Shown: positions 52,735 to 63,285, numbered from the stretch's first letter. The stretch: 64,000 nt of DNA from Bryobacterales bacterium (GCA_963422375.2 OY729428.2:416001-480000), one strand, 5' to 3'. The notes: generated from the letters alone by a model not told the origin. Numbers and translations are program-made.

Positions 52735-54452
52735 TAGCCGTCCAGGATCCAGACCAAGCGCCCCTCGTCCGTGATGACCAGGTAGGGATCGGGATCCCAC
52801 TCGACGAAGCCCGCCAGGTGCTCCAGGCGCTCGCTGACGTTGCGGTAGATCATCATGCGGCTGGACTCGTTGGTCAGTCCGGTGAACAGGATGTTGTACT
52901 CGCTCTCGCGCACCGCGGCGACCAGGCGGGTCGCCAGGGAGTGAATCGGGAAGCCGCCCTGCCCGGAGTAGTTCGACGTGACATTCTGGTCTTCCTTGGG
53001 GTAGTCGAACTCCTCCTGGTCGGTGCCGACGAACACGGGATCGTGCGTCAGCTCGCCGTAGTAGATTTCCGGCTGCTCGATGTGGATGTCGGGGATCCTG
53101 ATCTCGGGGGGCGCGTCCTGGATCAGCAGTTGCGGCAGGCCGTCCGGCGTGGTGCGATTGACCTCGGAAGCGACCACTCCGTAGCCGTGCGTGTAGACCC
53201 AGTGCCGATTGATCCAGGTGCGCGCCTCGCTGGACAGGGCGTCGACGTCGATTTCCCGCGGCGAGAGCAGCAGCTGCTTGACCCGGCCGTCGATCTGGTA
53301 TCGGTCGATGTCCATGTCGGCGAAGCGGTAGTACAGGCGCAGGGCCTGGATCTGAGTGATCGTGTCCGTGTAGGCCTGCTCGTCCCAGAGACGGATGTTG
53401 TCGACCAGCGTCGCGTTGGCCTCGACGTCCAAGGACGGCGTCTCGCTGAGCGAGAGGATCTCCTCCCGGCCCGTGTTGATTGCGTATGCCTGGCGGGTGG
53501 CTTGAATGTGCCTCTCGATGTACTCGCGCTCGAGCGTGAGCTCGTTCGGGCTGACGTACAGCGTCTGCACCGCCAGGGGCAGGGCCGCGTGCAGGGCGAT
53601 GGCCGCGCCGACCATGTACGCCATGGGCTTGTAGCGGGAGGTGATTACGAGCGGAATCGCCAGCAGCAAGACGACCACCACCAGCCAGCGCAGGGGCAGC
53701 CGCCAGACCTCGTCCAGATAGTCCATGCCGACCATGAACGAGTGGTCGGTCAGCAGCAGCCCGTACTGGCCCAGGTAGAACCACGCGGCTGCCCCGGCCA
53801 GGACGATGCAGGCGAGGATCTTGGCGAAGCTCGTCTTGGTCGCGCCGGGCAGGAGCAGGGGCTGCGGCCCTAGGTCGAACTCCTCGACGTTGCCGCCCTC
53901 CGCCCGGAACCGGCCGAATTGCTGGAAGACCTGCCAGCCGCGGCCGGAGATCCAGAACACGGCGGCACCCACGAACGAGAGCGCGAACAGGTACCGCACC
54001 AGCAGCTTGAGCAATGGCAGGTCGAACAAGTAGAAGGCCAGGTTCTTCCCGAAGATCGGATCGACCCAGTGCCCGGCCCCGGCGGCCATGCCCCGGGACC
54101 CGACGAAGGCCATCACCACCCATGAATCCACCTGCGACGCGATGAACACCGCCGAAGCGACCAGCAGCGCCAACGGCACGATCTTCCTGTACAAGGAGTG
54201 GCCCGCGGTGTCAGCGCCTGCGAATACGGTGCCCCGCCGGTGGGCCCACAGCAGCGCCGCCCACGCGACGAGCGCGGCCAGCACGGTCGGGACGATCTTG
54301 TAGACCAGAATGCTGAACCAAGTAGGAATCTGGTCAACCTCGGACCACCACAGGTACTCGACAGCGAAGTCGGCAATGCCCGAGGCGCTGCCGAGAACGA
54401 GAAAGAGGGCAAGCGCGACGAGAAGGAAGCGCAGCTGGCGAGAAGACATCAT
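51765..54452 (-). CDS. UPF0182 family integral membrane protein
   Basis: EYLWW, DPIFG.NL.FY.F.LP, PNEL..E..YI...I.ATR.AY, NIRLWD, YTHGYG, QPEIYYGE, NYIRN.VK. Confidence 0.95.
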   Translation of the reverse strand: MMSSRQLRFLLVALALFLVLGSASGIADFAVEYLWWSEVDQIPTWFSILVYKIVPTVLAALVAWAALLWAHRRGTVFAGADTAGHSLYRKIVPLALLVASAVFIASQVDSWVVMAFVGSRGMAAGAGHWVDPIFGKNLAFYLFDLPLLKLLVRYLFALSFVGAAVFWISGRGWQVFQQFGRFRAEGGNVEEFDLGPQPLLLPGATKTSFAKILACIVLAGAAAWFYLGQYGLLLTDHSFMVGMDYLDEVWRLPLRWLVVVVLLLAIPLVITSRYKPMAYMVGAAIALHAALPLAVQTLYVSPNELTLEREYIERHIQATRQAYAINTGREEILSLSETPSLDVEANATLVDNIRLWDEQAYTDTITQIQALRLYYRFADMDIDRYQIDGRVKQLLLSPREIDVDALSSEARTWINRHWVYTHGYGVVASEVNRTTPDGLPQLLIQDAPPEIRIPDIHIEQPEIYYGELTHDPVFVGTDQEEFDYPKEDQNVTSNYSGQGGFPIHSLATRLVAAVRESEYNILFTGLTNESSRMMIYRNVSERLEHLAGFVEWDPDPYLVITDEGRLVWILDGYTTSNAHPYSQSIRVGQFNAEVNYIRNAVKATVDAYHGTTKLYLFDDSDPIIRAYANLFPGLFQPMEAMPASVRAHARYPELIFNIQAEIYRTFHMRDPTVFYNKEDIWDVGKSLAGDTNLAERMQPTYIVATLPGETEPEFLLMLPFTPANKDNLNGWMAARCDGDQLGDLVFYRLSKQELVYGPNQIEAQINQEQQIARDLTLWNQQGSRVLRGEMIAMPVGKNFLYVESIYIQAESARMPQLRKVVLAMGEDLVYEDTFELALAELSGMQADDPAPAGGEATAREAEPGAPSIAERLALLRRQARQLADGIASLESEVRP

Positions 54453-55410
54453 CCTCCTAGGATACTGTTCCTATGGCCTGCGGCACCGGCCGGGCGCCCT
54501 CCCTGTCAGCGTCGGGCTAGCACGGCGCTGCTAGCCACATTCGTCGGGCCGTAGCAGCGCAGCGTGCGCCACCCGCCGCCGAACAGTGTGCGCTGGCGTC
54601 GTGCGAGGGCGCTGCGGGCCCGTCCCGGGCGGCTTGGCGCTGTCGAGGCCGGCCAGTTCGCCGGCGGCGCTGGTGCCGGCCAGCCAGAGCTGCGCGGCAC
54701 GCTCGGAGGACGGGTGCAGCCTGCGCGTGGCGACCGAGGTCGCGGCGAGGCAGGCCTCGACCTCGGGATGCCTGAGACGGCGGACGAACCAACCGGCCGC
54801 TCGCAAGGAAACCGAGGGAGGCCGGACGGTCGATCTTGGAGGCGAACTGGCACCGGAGGCAACGGCCGCATGCGGCCAGCAGGTAGAGCGCCGCCAACCC
54901 GGACCGACCGGTGCCGTTAGCGAATCGTTGGAGCGTAGCCCTGACGCGGGGGGAGCGAAGTGCGTGCGCCCGCCCTGAGCGCCGTTCTTGACCATGGCAG
55001 CAACTGCGGACCCATCGCTCGGATCCAGTCGAAGCTGGACGAGCTGCGACGCTCCGGCTCGCGCGCTGGAGACCGCCTCGCCGCACGACGGATGCAGCCG
55101 GGATCTGTCGGCCGTACGGATCGCTGGGGGGCTGCCGCGCCCGAGGCCGATCTCGCGATTCCGGGTTGAGCGGCGACCGCTCATGAGACTAGGGAGCGAT
55201 CATTCGGCCAGGTCTCGCGACACTTGCTGAATGAGGGGACCCGGACAAGCCGCGCACTTCTATACAGTCCAAGGCTCTCATCTTTGCGAGTTCGCCCCGA
55301 CCAACGCTGATGTCCGGCCGTCTCCCAGATACTCCCGTGGGGAGCAGTCACATTCGCATCACTGGGAAGCGCTATTGATCGGACAAAACATTCCTGAATC
55401 TCCATTCCAT

Positions 55411-56259
55411 TCAGAACCCAATGACTTCTCTCTGGAGCGACTTGCAGTTCAGGTATACGGACTTTCCTAGGAACTTTCCATTGGAGTCAAATGAATGTAC
55501 TTCCCTTCGATTGCACGTAGGATTATCAACAGGAATAGACTTGTCAATAAACCTTCCAGTCGACAAATAGTGCTCTCCAGAATGACATGAACCAACGTTT
55601 CTATCGCGGCTAATCTGTCCACAATCCACTTGTTCACCGATTCTCGACTCGCCAATCATCTCCCCATTCATTCCAAAATATCTCTCGATGCTATCTCCAA
55701 ATCTAGCCCGTACGAACATCCTTCCATCAATATCGAAGAAACCTGAGATTGATTTGTAGTCTCCTTGATGCTCTCTCCAGTCCCACTAAAACAGTCTATC
55801 GCTTTCGTCATAGTGCAGTACGCAACTAGTCTTGCCCTTGGTACCGGGGTCACTCGTGCGAACATATGTGCCACGAGGAATCCATCCCTTCGGTGGACGC
55901 ACTGTGGGTTGGTCCGACGCGGTCCGCATCTTCGCTTCGACAAATGCCTTGTTTTTCTGGATCGGGTCTTGCTCGAATTCCGGATGGTCCGACGGCCTTT
56001 CTCGGTCTATTACGAGCGCATCGACTGCCTTATCCAGACTATTGGTTGACAGCGGCACTGGACGAGAGATTGGACGCCGCTTGGCAGCAACATTCGACAT
56101 CTCCTCCTGCAAGGGCACCGAGGGGTGAACCGCATCGTCCCTCGCGGCGACCAGGATCAAAAGGGCCACTGCGAGCGCCCCAGCGACGGCGACAAGATGA
56201 GGTCCGCTGATGCCTTGGCGGTGCCTCCCTCGGCGCCGGGATCTCGTCGCGCATCTCAC
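55411..56259 (-). pseudogene. Low-GC membrane-anchored orphan gene interrupted by one in-frame TAG (55786-55788)
   Basis: Track ORFs 55786..56259 and 55411..55719 share a frame and are joined by *WDWREHQGDYKSISGFFDIDGR with no other stop; N-terminal TM LVAVAGALAVALLILVAA. Confidence 0.6.
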
Positions 56260-56758
56260 AACGATCCTTGTGGTTTCGCCCGCGAATCAAGTACGGCGGC
56301 ATTCGAGGGATTCGGCGCAGCCATCCCCACTGGGTCAGGCATCGGGTTCCGCTCTAGCGCACGAGTCCCGCGGAGGCATGCGGCTCGATAGTAGCACGGG
56401 ATCAGGTGACACCTTGCTCGCTGGGTCCGGCATCAGCTGAGCCACGCCCAAGAGCCGCCCGTGTCTTCCCCGAGCGATCCGGAGGATCGGCCTCGCCCGG
56501 GAGCCCGAGACAAGCACTGCCCGGGGGCGAGCCAAGGCGCGGTGCGGCCGGACTGGACGGGCCCGCCATGCTCTGCGGTTGCTCGACGGCAGCCCGGAGT
56601 CGCCGACCCAGGCCAAGGCGGCCGGAATCAACATTCAGGCGCAACCTGCTAGGACGCTCCCTCCACATGACAACCAACAAGGATGCTCGATCTCCAAGTC
56701 CGTCCCGAAGCGTCTAGGTCTCGCCGTCCTGCCGCCCGGCAGGCTGCTTCCGAGGCGG

Positions 56759-56774
56759 CCCCCCCCCCCCCCCC
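56759..56774. repeat. C16 homopolymer
   Basis: Read directly. Confidence 0.95.
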
Positions 56775-57334
56775 ATGTCGCGACGGCTTCGGGAGACTTC
56801 TGGCGGGTCATCGGGTGCGCTTGGCCGGCCATCGTGCGCGCCCGCGCGCCGGCCTATCGAATCGGCCGGGCACCGGACTGCCCTTTTCCGGCACGGGCAC
56901 CGCTTCGCCAAGCACCTCCGGCATCAACCGCGCTGCACCGAGTCCGACGAGGGCAGGTTGCAATTCCGGCACGCCGTTCGGTGACGCCCGGCCACTCGAC
57001 ACTGCGCCCTCCTGGCGCCTCAGCTCGTGGCGTGCGACGCCGAGGCGTAGCAGCAAACCCGGATTCCATCGCTGCCGGGCGAACGTGATCCCGTAGGCCC
57101 GATGCGCTGCGGCGAGGCTGCCCGCCCTGTTTCTTCGCTTGCGAAAGCGCGTGTGCCCAGCAATCAAGCCGCGAGCATGAACCAATTGCCCCTCCGAGCG
57201 CGGTCCCCCGCGCTGCCCGGCAGAGGGATCGATGGCGCGTGAGTTCCCGCAAGAGGGAGGGCCGGAATCCATCGGATCCGGGCCCTTGCTAGAATGCCAC
57301 GGTGTCTTCGCGGGGAGCCCGACCGGACTAGCAC

Positions 57335-58708
57335 ATGTCGACTACTCGGCGGACATTCGTAACGAACGCGGCCCTCAGCGCCGGCATGGCAGGCGCGTCT
57401 GCACGGCCATCTGCCGGCCAAGCCGGCGCGAGCGACACCATCACGGTGGGTGTCGTCGGGATTCGAGGCCGCGGCAGATCCCACTACCGGGAGTTCGCGT
57501 CCATGCCCGGCGTGCACGTCGGCTACCTCTGCGACGTGGACGAGAGGCTATTCGACGAATCCGTCGCCGAGGTCGAGCGCATCGCGGGCTACCGGCCGCA
57601 AACCGAGACCGACATCCGTCGGCTCCTGGAGCACGGGGACTTGGACGCGATCTCCGTCGCGACGCCAGACCACTGGCACGCACTGATGACCATCTGGGCC
57701 TGCCAGGCCGGCAAGGACGTCTACTGCGAGAAGCCCTGCTCGTACACGCTGCGGGAGGGGCGGAAGATGGTCGAGGCCGCCCGCAAGTATGGCCGCATGG
57801 TGCAGATCGGGCTGCAGCGCCGCAGCAGCACCCGCGTGCGATCAGTCACGAAGTTCGTGCGGGACGCGGCGTTCGGGCGGGCCTACCGGGCCAAGGCCGT
57901 CATCTACCGCGGTCGGGTCAGCATCGGCAAGGTGCAGGAATCCTCCGTCCCCGAGGGTGTGAACTGGGACCTGTACCTCGGGCCGGCTCCCTACCGCGCG
58001 TTCGACATCAACCGATTCCACTACGGCTGGCACTTCTTCTGGGATACATCCACCTCTGAGGTGGGCAACAACGGCGTCCACCACCTCGACGTCCTGCGCT
58101 GGGGGCTGGACAAGCAGGTCCATCCGGTCAGGGTTCATTGCACGGGCGGACAGTTTGTCGAGGACTCCGATTCCGAAGTGCCCAACGTCCAGGTTGGCAC
58201 CTTCGAGTACGCCGACGGCACGCTCGTCGAAATCGAGGCCACCACCCTATACAGCCCGCCGTTCGGAGGCGTCCGAGTCGGAGGGTTCTTCTTCACCGAG
58301 CGGGGCTACATCGGTTCGGGGGACGGCTGGAACGCCGTGGAGGGCGCGTTCACGCCGCGCGACCGCCCGGACTCCCCGTCCGGCGTCTCCTACCGGACGA
58401 ACAACCTGAGCTTTCCCGACATTGCCTACCGGCCGGGCCCCCGGATTCCCGACCTAGACAAGCCGGAAGTCAGCCACTTCCAGAACTTCGTCGACTGCGT
58501 TCGCTCGCGCAAGCGCGCAGACCTTAATTGCGAGGTCGAGCAGGGCCATCTTTCGACCTCCTTGTGCCACCTGGCGAACATCTCCTTTCGGGTCGGGCGC
58601 AAGCTCGAGTTCGACCCAGAAACCGAGACGTTCCCGCGGGACGAGGAGGCCAGCCGCCTGCTCACGCGGGAGTATCGCGAGCCCTACGTCCTGCCCGACG
58701 AGGTCTGA
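57335..58708 (+). CDS. Tat-exported Gfo/Idh/MocA oxidoreductase
   Basis: TTRRTF signal; GIRGRG; ATPDHWH; AGKDVYCEKP; WDLYLGPAP; GVHHLD. Confidence 0.94.
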   Translation: MSTTRRTFVTNAALSAGMAGASARPSAGQAGASDTITVGVVGIRGRGRSHYREFASMPGVHVGYLCDVDERLFDESVAEVERIAGYRPQTETDIRRLLEHGDLDAISVATPDHWHALMTIWACQAGKDVYCEKPCSYTLREGRKMVEAARKYGRMVQIGLQRRSSTRVRSVTKFVRDAAFGRAYRAKAVIYRGRVSIGKVQESSVPEGVNWDLYLGPAPYRAFDINRFHYGWHFFWDTSTSEVGNNGVHHLDVLRWGLDKQVHPVRVHCTGGQFVEDSDSEVPNVQVGTFEYADGTLVEIEATTLYSPPFGGVRVGGFFFTERGYIGSGDGWNAVEGAFTPRDRPDSPSGVSYRTNNLSFPDIAYRPGPRIPDLDKPEVSHFQNFVDCVRSRKRADLNCEVEQGHLSTSLCHLANISFRVGRKLEFDPETETFPRDEEASRLLTREYREPYVLPDEV

Positions 58709-58740
58709 CCGCCCGTGCCCGGCGGCGGCGGCGCCCCCGG

Positions 58741-61518
58741 CTACTCGACCCAGATGGGCGAGCTCCAAGCGACCTGCCCGTCGTTCTGGACCACGCGCAC
58801 GTAGTAGTAGTTCGACCCGGACTTGAAGTTCCGGTCGATGTACTCGGTCCGGTAGTCTTCCTCGTTCGGGTGGCTCGTGTAGATGATTTGCTCGTTCTTG
58901 ACGATCACGAACTGCTTGATCCGATCCGTGCCCAAGGCGCGCACATGCAGCTTGGGTGCGCGATCCGAATTCAGGATGTCACCCATGATGTGTCGCCCGC
59001 CGCTCGCGTCCTCGGCTTGGAAGTCGAGCACGATGTTGTCGGTCGCGCCGTAGGCGTGGCGGGCCTTCAGCGCGGCGAACATGGAGTCCCGCGTGAAGTC
59101 CTCGGCTAGGATCATGGCGTACGACATGTGGGTCGACCAGTGGTCAGAGGACGCCTGGACGCCCATCTTGAAGCCCTTCTTCAGGGCCTCCCACCAGTAG
59201 CCCCCGGGATTGAAGCCGGAGCGCTGCTCGCGAAGCTTCTGGGGCGAAGCCGCCAGGGGCGCGCCCATGTACTCGTAGCTGGCCCGGTAGCCTTGGAAGA
59301 TCTCCATCAGGGGCTCGACCTCCGGATCGTAGTTGAACCAGTCGGTGCCCTGGGCCGTACCGGAGCTGTGCGGCATCGAAATGCCGTCGTTCTCGTGCAA
59401 GTATTCGAAGAGCTTCTCGGCGCGTTGCTCGCCACGCACCTCCTCGCGCGGAATCGGCAGCGGGCGCGTGCCGCGCCGGGCGAAGATGACGTTGCGGTGC
59501 CCGTTGGGGTAGGTGACGGAGCGCTCGTAGCCGAACATCGGGACGAAGCTCCCCGGCACGTGGAACAGGTCGGTCAGCTTCTCGTCCTGCCACCACGTGA
59601 ACTCCTGGTCGTAGCCCAACTGGTGGTCCGTCGGGACGATGTAGTCGAACGCGGCGGCGTCCAGCGCGTAGCGGTACACCTCGATCAGCGACCCGTCGTA
59701 CTTGAAGTCCTGCGAGACGTCGGTATGGCGATGCATGTCGCCGCGGTAGATCCTGAAGCGCCTGTCGCCGGCCTGGACGGAGTAGCCGCGAATCGTCTCG
59801 ACGTTGCGCGCCTCAAACGGGTGGACCGGAACGGCCTCTGCGAACGGCTCGACGTACTCGGCGAAGTTCCCGTCGGAATAGTCGGGCGGCCCTGCCGCGG
59901 ATCCGAGGTCGGCCGCGTAGATCTCGGCGTTCCGGGGAACGGCGTCCGCGAACGGCCTGTTGTCGGTCATCCAGGCCGCGACCAGCGACCCTCCAACCTG
60001 CGCGACCGCCGGGCGCTTCTCAATCGAGCCCTGGCTGTGGGTCAGCGGAACGGGACGCGACCACTCCCTGCCGTCGAAGCGCGTCACGAACGTCTCCCAG
60101 GTCATGCGCGAGCCGATGGCGTGCGCCCGCTGCCGCGTCCAGTGGCGGAACAGCAGCGTCAGCGTCCCGTCGCTGCCGAACGCAAGCTGCGGGTTCTCGA
60201 AGTTGGGATGCAGCCGGTAGGTATAGAACGGCTCGAGCTTGGCCTTTGGCTCGAGCCAGCGCCCGCCCGAGCGCCTGACGACCTGGATCGATCGCTCCTG
60301 ATGCAGGGGAGCGCCCAGGGGAGGCGTGATCAGGTAGCCCTGGTCCTTGCCCCAGTTCGTACCCGACTCGTCCCAAGCGAGCCACGGAGTCCCGTCGGGC
60401 GAGACGGCGACATTCGCGTGCGCCTGGAAGCGCTGGCTGCTCGTGACCTGCTCGATCAAGCCGAGCCTTCCGCCCGCCAAGGAACGGTAGACGATGTCGT
60501 AGTTGCCGGCATCGTAGCTGTCCCAAGCGACATGGAACCGCCCGTCCGGCCCGCCGGCGATCTGCGGCTCCCAGTCGTTGGCCGGGGACTCGCTGACGCG
60601 CATCGGGGAGCCCCAATCCGTTCCGTCCCATACGCGCATCCAGATGTCCGTCTGCGCCTCGCCGACAGATCCCTGCGCGCTCTGCCAAGCGACCGCAACC
60701 TTCCCGTCGCCGCTCGAGGCAGCGCGATGGAAGGTATTCGACCCGCCGGCGCTGATCTTCCGCGGGTCCGCCCACGTCTCGCCGCTGCGCATCCGTCCCC
60801 AGAGGTCCCATCGGGTTCCGTCGCGCTGGCTCCAGAAGACCCAGAGGCGCCCCTGACCGTCGGCGGCGGCCGAAGCACGCCAGACATCCGCGGGGGCGGC
60901 GGTCACTTCCTGCGCGTCCTCCCACGAGCCCTCACGGCGCAGCCGAACGAAGACACGGTCGCCGCGATCCCTGTACGCTACCCATGCGACGGCGGCCACG
61001 CCGTCCTGCACCTCTGAGACCGCGGGCTCGTCGTCCTCGTATTCCTCGGTCGACAGCCGCTCGACCGTCGGCGTCACCGCGGCTAGCAGGCGCCCGTCGA
61101 GGAATTCCCTCGGACCTCCCGCCAAATCCCGGAGCGTGAAGGTCGCCATGCCCTGCCTAGTCCGCACCCGCAGGCTCGCCGACTCCCCACCGGAAATCAC
61201 CGCGTACAGGCCGACCGGCGAATACTGCGTGGGCGGCAGCTCGTGCGGGCTCATCTCGTTGTAATTGACCCTCGGGAAGCCGCCGATATGCTCGCGCCGG
61301 GTGGACGCCTTCCAGGCGCTGGTGCCGTTCAGGGAATCGGACTCCATGAAATGGCGCGATTCCAGGCTGGCGAGAGCCCCCCCGGACACGCGCAGCGACC
61401 CGTCCCATGGCTCGACGGACTTGGCGTTCTCTCCCAAGCCGAGGTAGACCGTGGTGGAGGCAGTCTGGGCGGCGAGCGCCCCCGAGCACAGCGCAAGCAG
61501 GATTAAGGTGCGTGGCAT
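58741..61518 (-). CDS. Secreted beta-propeller + PHP-like metallohydrolase (DUF3604-like), paralog of 18387-21335
   Basis: Signal peptide; WDGSL; GTNWGKD; GDMHRHT; TDH; YERS..YPNGHRN; SSDH; YYYVRV.Q.DGQVAWSSPIWV. Confidence 0.8.
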   Translation of the reverse strand: MPRTLILLALCSGALAAQTASTTVYLGLGENAKSVEPWDGSLRVSGGALASLESRHFMESDSLNGTSAWKASTRREHIGGFPRVNYNEMSPHELPPTQYSPVGLYAVISGGESASLRVRTRQGMATFTLRDLAGGPREFLDGRLLAAVTPTVERLSTEEYEDDEPAVSEVQDGVAAVAWVAYRDRGDRVFVRLRREGSWEDAQEVTAAPADVWRASAAADGQGRLWVFWSQRDGTRWDLWGRMRSGETWADPRKISAGGSNTFHRAASSGDGKVAVAWQSAQGSVGEAQTDIWMRVWDGTDWGSPMRVSESPANDWEPQIAGGPDGRFHVAWDSYDAGNYDIVYRSLAGGRLGLIEQVTSSQRFQAHANVAVSPDGTPWLAWDESGTNWGKDQGYLITPPLGAPLHQERSIQVVRRSGGRWLEPKAKLEPFYTYRLHPNFENPQLAFGSDGTLTLLFRHWTRQRAHAIGSRMTWETFVTRFDGREWSRPVPLTHSQGSIEKRPAVAQVGGSLVAAWMTDNRPFADAVPRNAEIYAADLGSAAGPPDYSDGNFAEYVEPFAEAVPVHPFEARNVETIRGYSVQAGDRRFRIYRGDMHRHTDVSQDFKYDGSLIEVYRYALDAAAFDYIVPTDHQLGYDQEFTWWQDEKLTDLFHVPGSFVPMFGYERSVTYPNGHRNVIFARRGTRPLPIPREEVRGEQRAEKLFEYLHENDGISMPHSSGTAQGTDWFNYDPEVEPLMEIFQGYRASYEYMGAPLAASPQKLREQRSGFNPGGYWWEALKKGFKMGVQASSDHWSTHMSYAMILAEDFTRDSMFAALKARHAYGATDNIVLDFQAEDASGGRHIMGDILNSDRAPKLHVRALGTDRIKQFVIVKNEQIIYTSHPNEEDYRTEYIDRNFKSGSNYYYVRVVQNDGQVAWSSPIWVE

Positions 61519-61538
61519 CGTGCGCAGATTATACTGAC

Positions 61539-61570
61539 TGAACGCATCAAAGTCGTTTCCGACTCAGACG
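61539..61570 (-). other. Putative IS200/IS605-type right end / omegaRNA 3' hairpin
   Basis: Minus strand CGTCTGAGTCG-GAAA-CGACTTTGATG stem-loop followed by CGTTCA, directly downstream of the tnpB remnant. Confidence 0.5.
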
Positions 61571-61619
61571 ATTTCCGGCCGCACTGCAGCCATTGGCGCG
61601 GTTGGAAGCTACCGCAGGC

Positions 61620-62135
61620 GAATCCAGGGCCCGCAAGACGCTGATAGCGTCATTGATGTCCGCATCGCCGGAGTAGCCGCGGCGCTTGCACGCGTATCGC
61701 TTGCCTTGGCGATGGCTCGCGTCCACCTCGTCGCAGCGATGGCACCGCTGCGACGAATGCGCGGGATTGACTTGCTCACGCCTGCGACCGGCCCACCGTG
61801 ACTTGTATGCAAGCTACCGTAGCAGCAATCACTTGGGATTGAGGCTGGGAAGCTCTCAATCCGGCTGGATCGTGATAAGCAGGACGAATCGACCGTTACC
61901 ACGCTTCCGGAGCCGAGGCGACTTGAAATACTCGATGGGGCCGAACGAGCTGGCAGGCTTGAAGCGGGAGCACCCCGGACACTCGCCTGCCTTGCAGCGA
62001 CGGAAGAATGCATTGAACGGCTTGTCGACGCGAGTGAGCGTGCCCAGCGCCAGCCGCTAGCAATACACACTTCCCAGCATTGTCGGCTCGGACTTGCGGC
62101 GTTCGGAATGCTGGTTGCACTGGTCGAAGTACGTC
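61620..62135 (-). pseudogene. tnpB: RNA-guided endonuclease TnpB remnant with a large internal deletion and in-frame stops
   Basis: Single frame by manual translation: TYFDQC...GTLTRVDKPFNAFFRRCKAGECPGCSRFK ... LAYKSRWAG....VNPAHSSQRCHRC....YACKRRGYSGDADINDAISVL. Confidence 0.88.
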
Positions 62136-62421
62136 CCTCCGAGAATGCACTCCGCGTCGCATACCGGAGATCCGGGTACAAACTTCCCCTTCCCAAGCCA
62201 GAGCACCGGACGGCTGCGACTTAGCTCGCGAAATCGACAATGCCGGCGAGTTCCGGACAGGCCGACGCGGGCGGCCGACAGCAACAGATTAGGGCCCTAG
62301 AGCCGCGCTCGATCCGCGGGACACCGCCACCCACAGTGAGCGCAGGCTCCGTCGCCCCGTGCTTCAGGGCCCATTCCTATTGCGCGGGGTGGGGCGCCCG
62401 GGGCGCCCGCAGGGGCGTTGC
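62136..62421. repeat. ~285-bp dispersed element, copy B
   Basis: See copy A; abuts the 5'-truncated tnpB remnant. Confidence 0.9.
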
Positions 62422-62581
62422 TGGGAATTGGCGGGTCGGGCAGCCCAATCATTGCCGTCGGCAAGCAGGTCTACATCTGGTCCACGGTGGGCGGCAGGAA
62501 GGCCCGGGCCCTTCCGCTCAGAACTGGGGGCAGCGGAACGGTACCCGGCCTCCGGCTACAGGTCGTCCAGCGGCAACGCGG

Positions 62582-63136
62582 TCACGCCCTCGGCGAGAGG
62601 CCCACGCGATTCCCCCTGGTGGACCAAGTATCCCGGTGCGGCCAAGTCGCGGCACCGCCGGATCCACTCCCGGCGCGGGAGCCAACCTCCCACGGCAGCC
62701 GGGCATGCGGTCGGCCCTCGATCTCCCTGTGCGCGAGCGGAAGGAGTCGCAGCACCGCTACTCTCGCGGCCAGCGACTCGGTCACCTTCTCCGACAGCAG
62801 CAGATTCTGCGAGCCCGTCAGCACAAAGCGGCCGCGCCTAGACCGGTCCTCGTCGATGGCCAGCTTGAGATATGTCAGCAGCGAAGGAGCGTACTGAGCT
62901 TCGTCCAAGATCACGGGATCGGGATGACTCCCGAGAAACCCGAGCGGGTTGCTAACCGCAAAGTCCCGCTCGACCGGGTCGTCTAGGGACACGTAGCGGA
63001 AGCGGCCACCGAACAGGCGCTTGAGCGTGGTGGTCTTCCCGGCCTGGCGGGGCCCCGTCAGCATTACTGCCGGGAAGGCGTTCACGGCACGTTCCAGTAC
63101 CGGCTCCAACGCCCGCGCAATGTATCGGTCACCCAC
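62582..63136 (-). pseudogene. AAA_14/DUF4143-type ATP-binding protein, C-terminally truncated
   Basis: TGPRQAGKTT Walker A, ILDEAQ Walker B, FVLTGSQ, ESLA.R...L.L.PL; only 184 aa with no DUF4143 domain. Confidence 0.85.
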
Positions 63137-63285
63137 GGCAGCGATGCGTCATCCAGTCAGCCTCTTCAGTATTGAACGCCGTACCCCCGCCATACGATGA
63201 GCCTCTACGCAACCCGGTCTGCCCCACGCGGGAACCGGCTGCGATCGAAACAGGTCCGAATGGCCAGTCGCGGCACGAGCCGAGG

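Noticed and set aside
54500..55190. Possible decayed gene or transposase fragment on the minus strand
   Set aside because: Only weak, inconsistent motif resemblance; cannot be supported without a search.
55786..55788. Pyrrolysine or programmed amber read-through
   Set aside because: No pyl genes or recoding signal are visible; a point mutation or sequencing error is simpler in a region full of pseudogenes.
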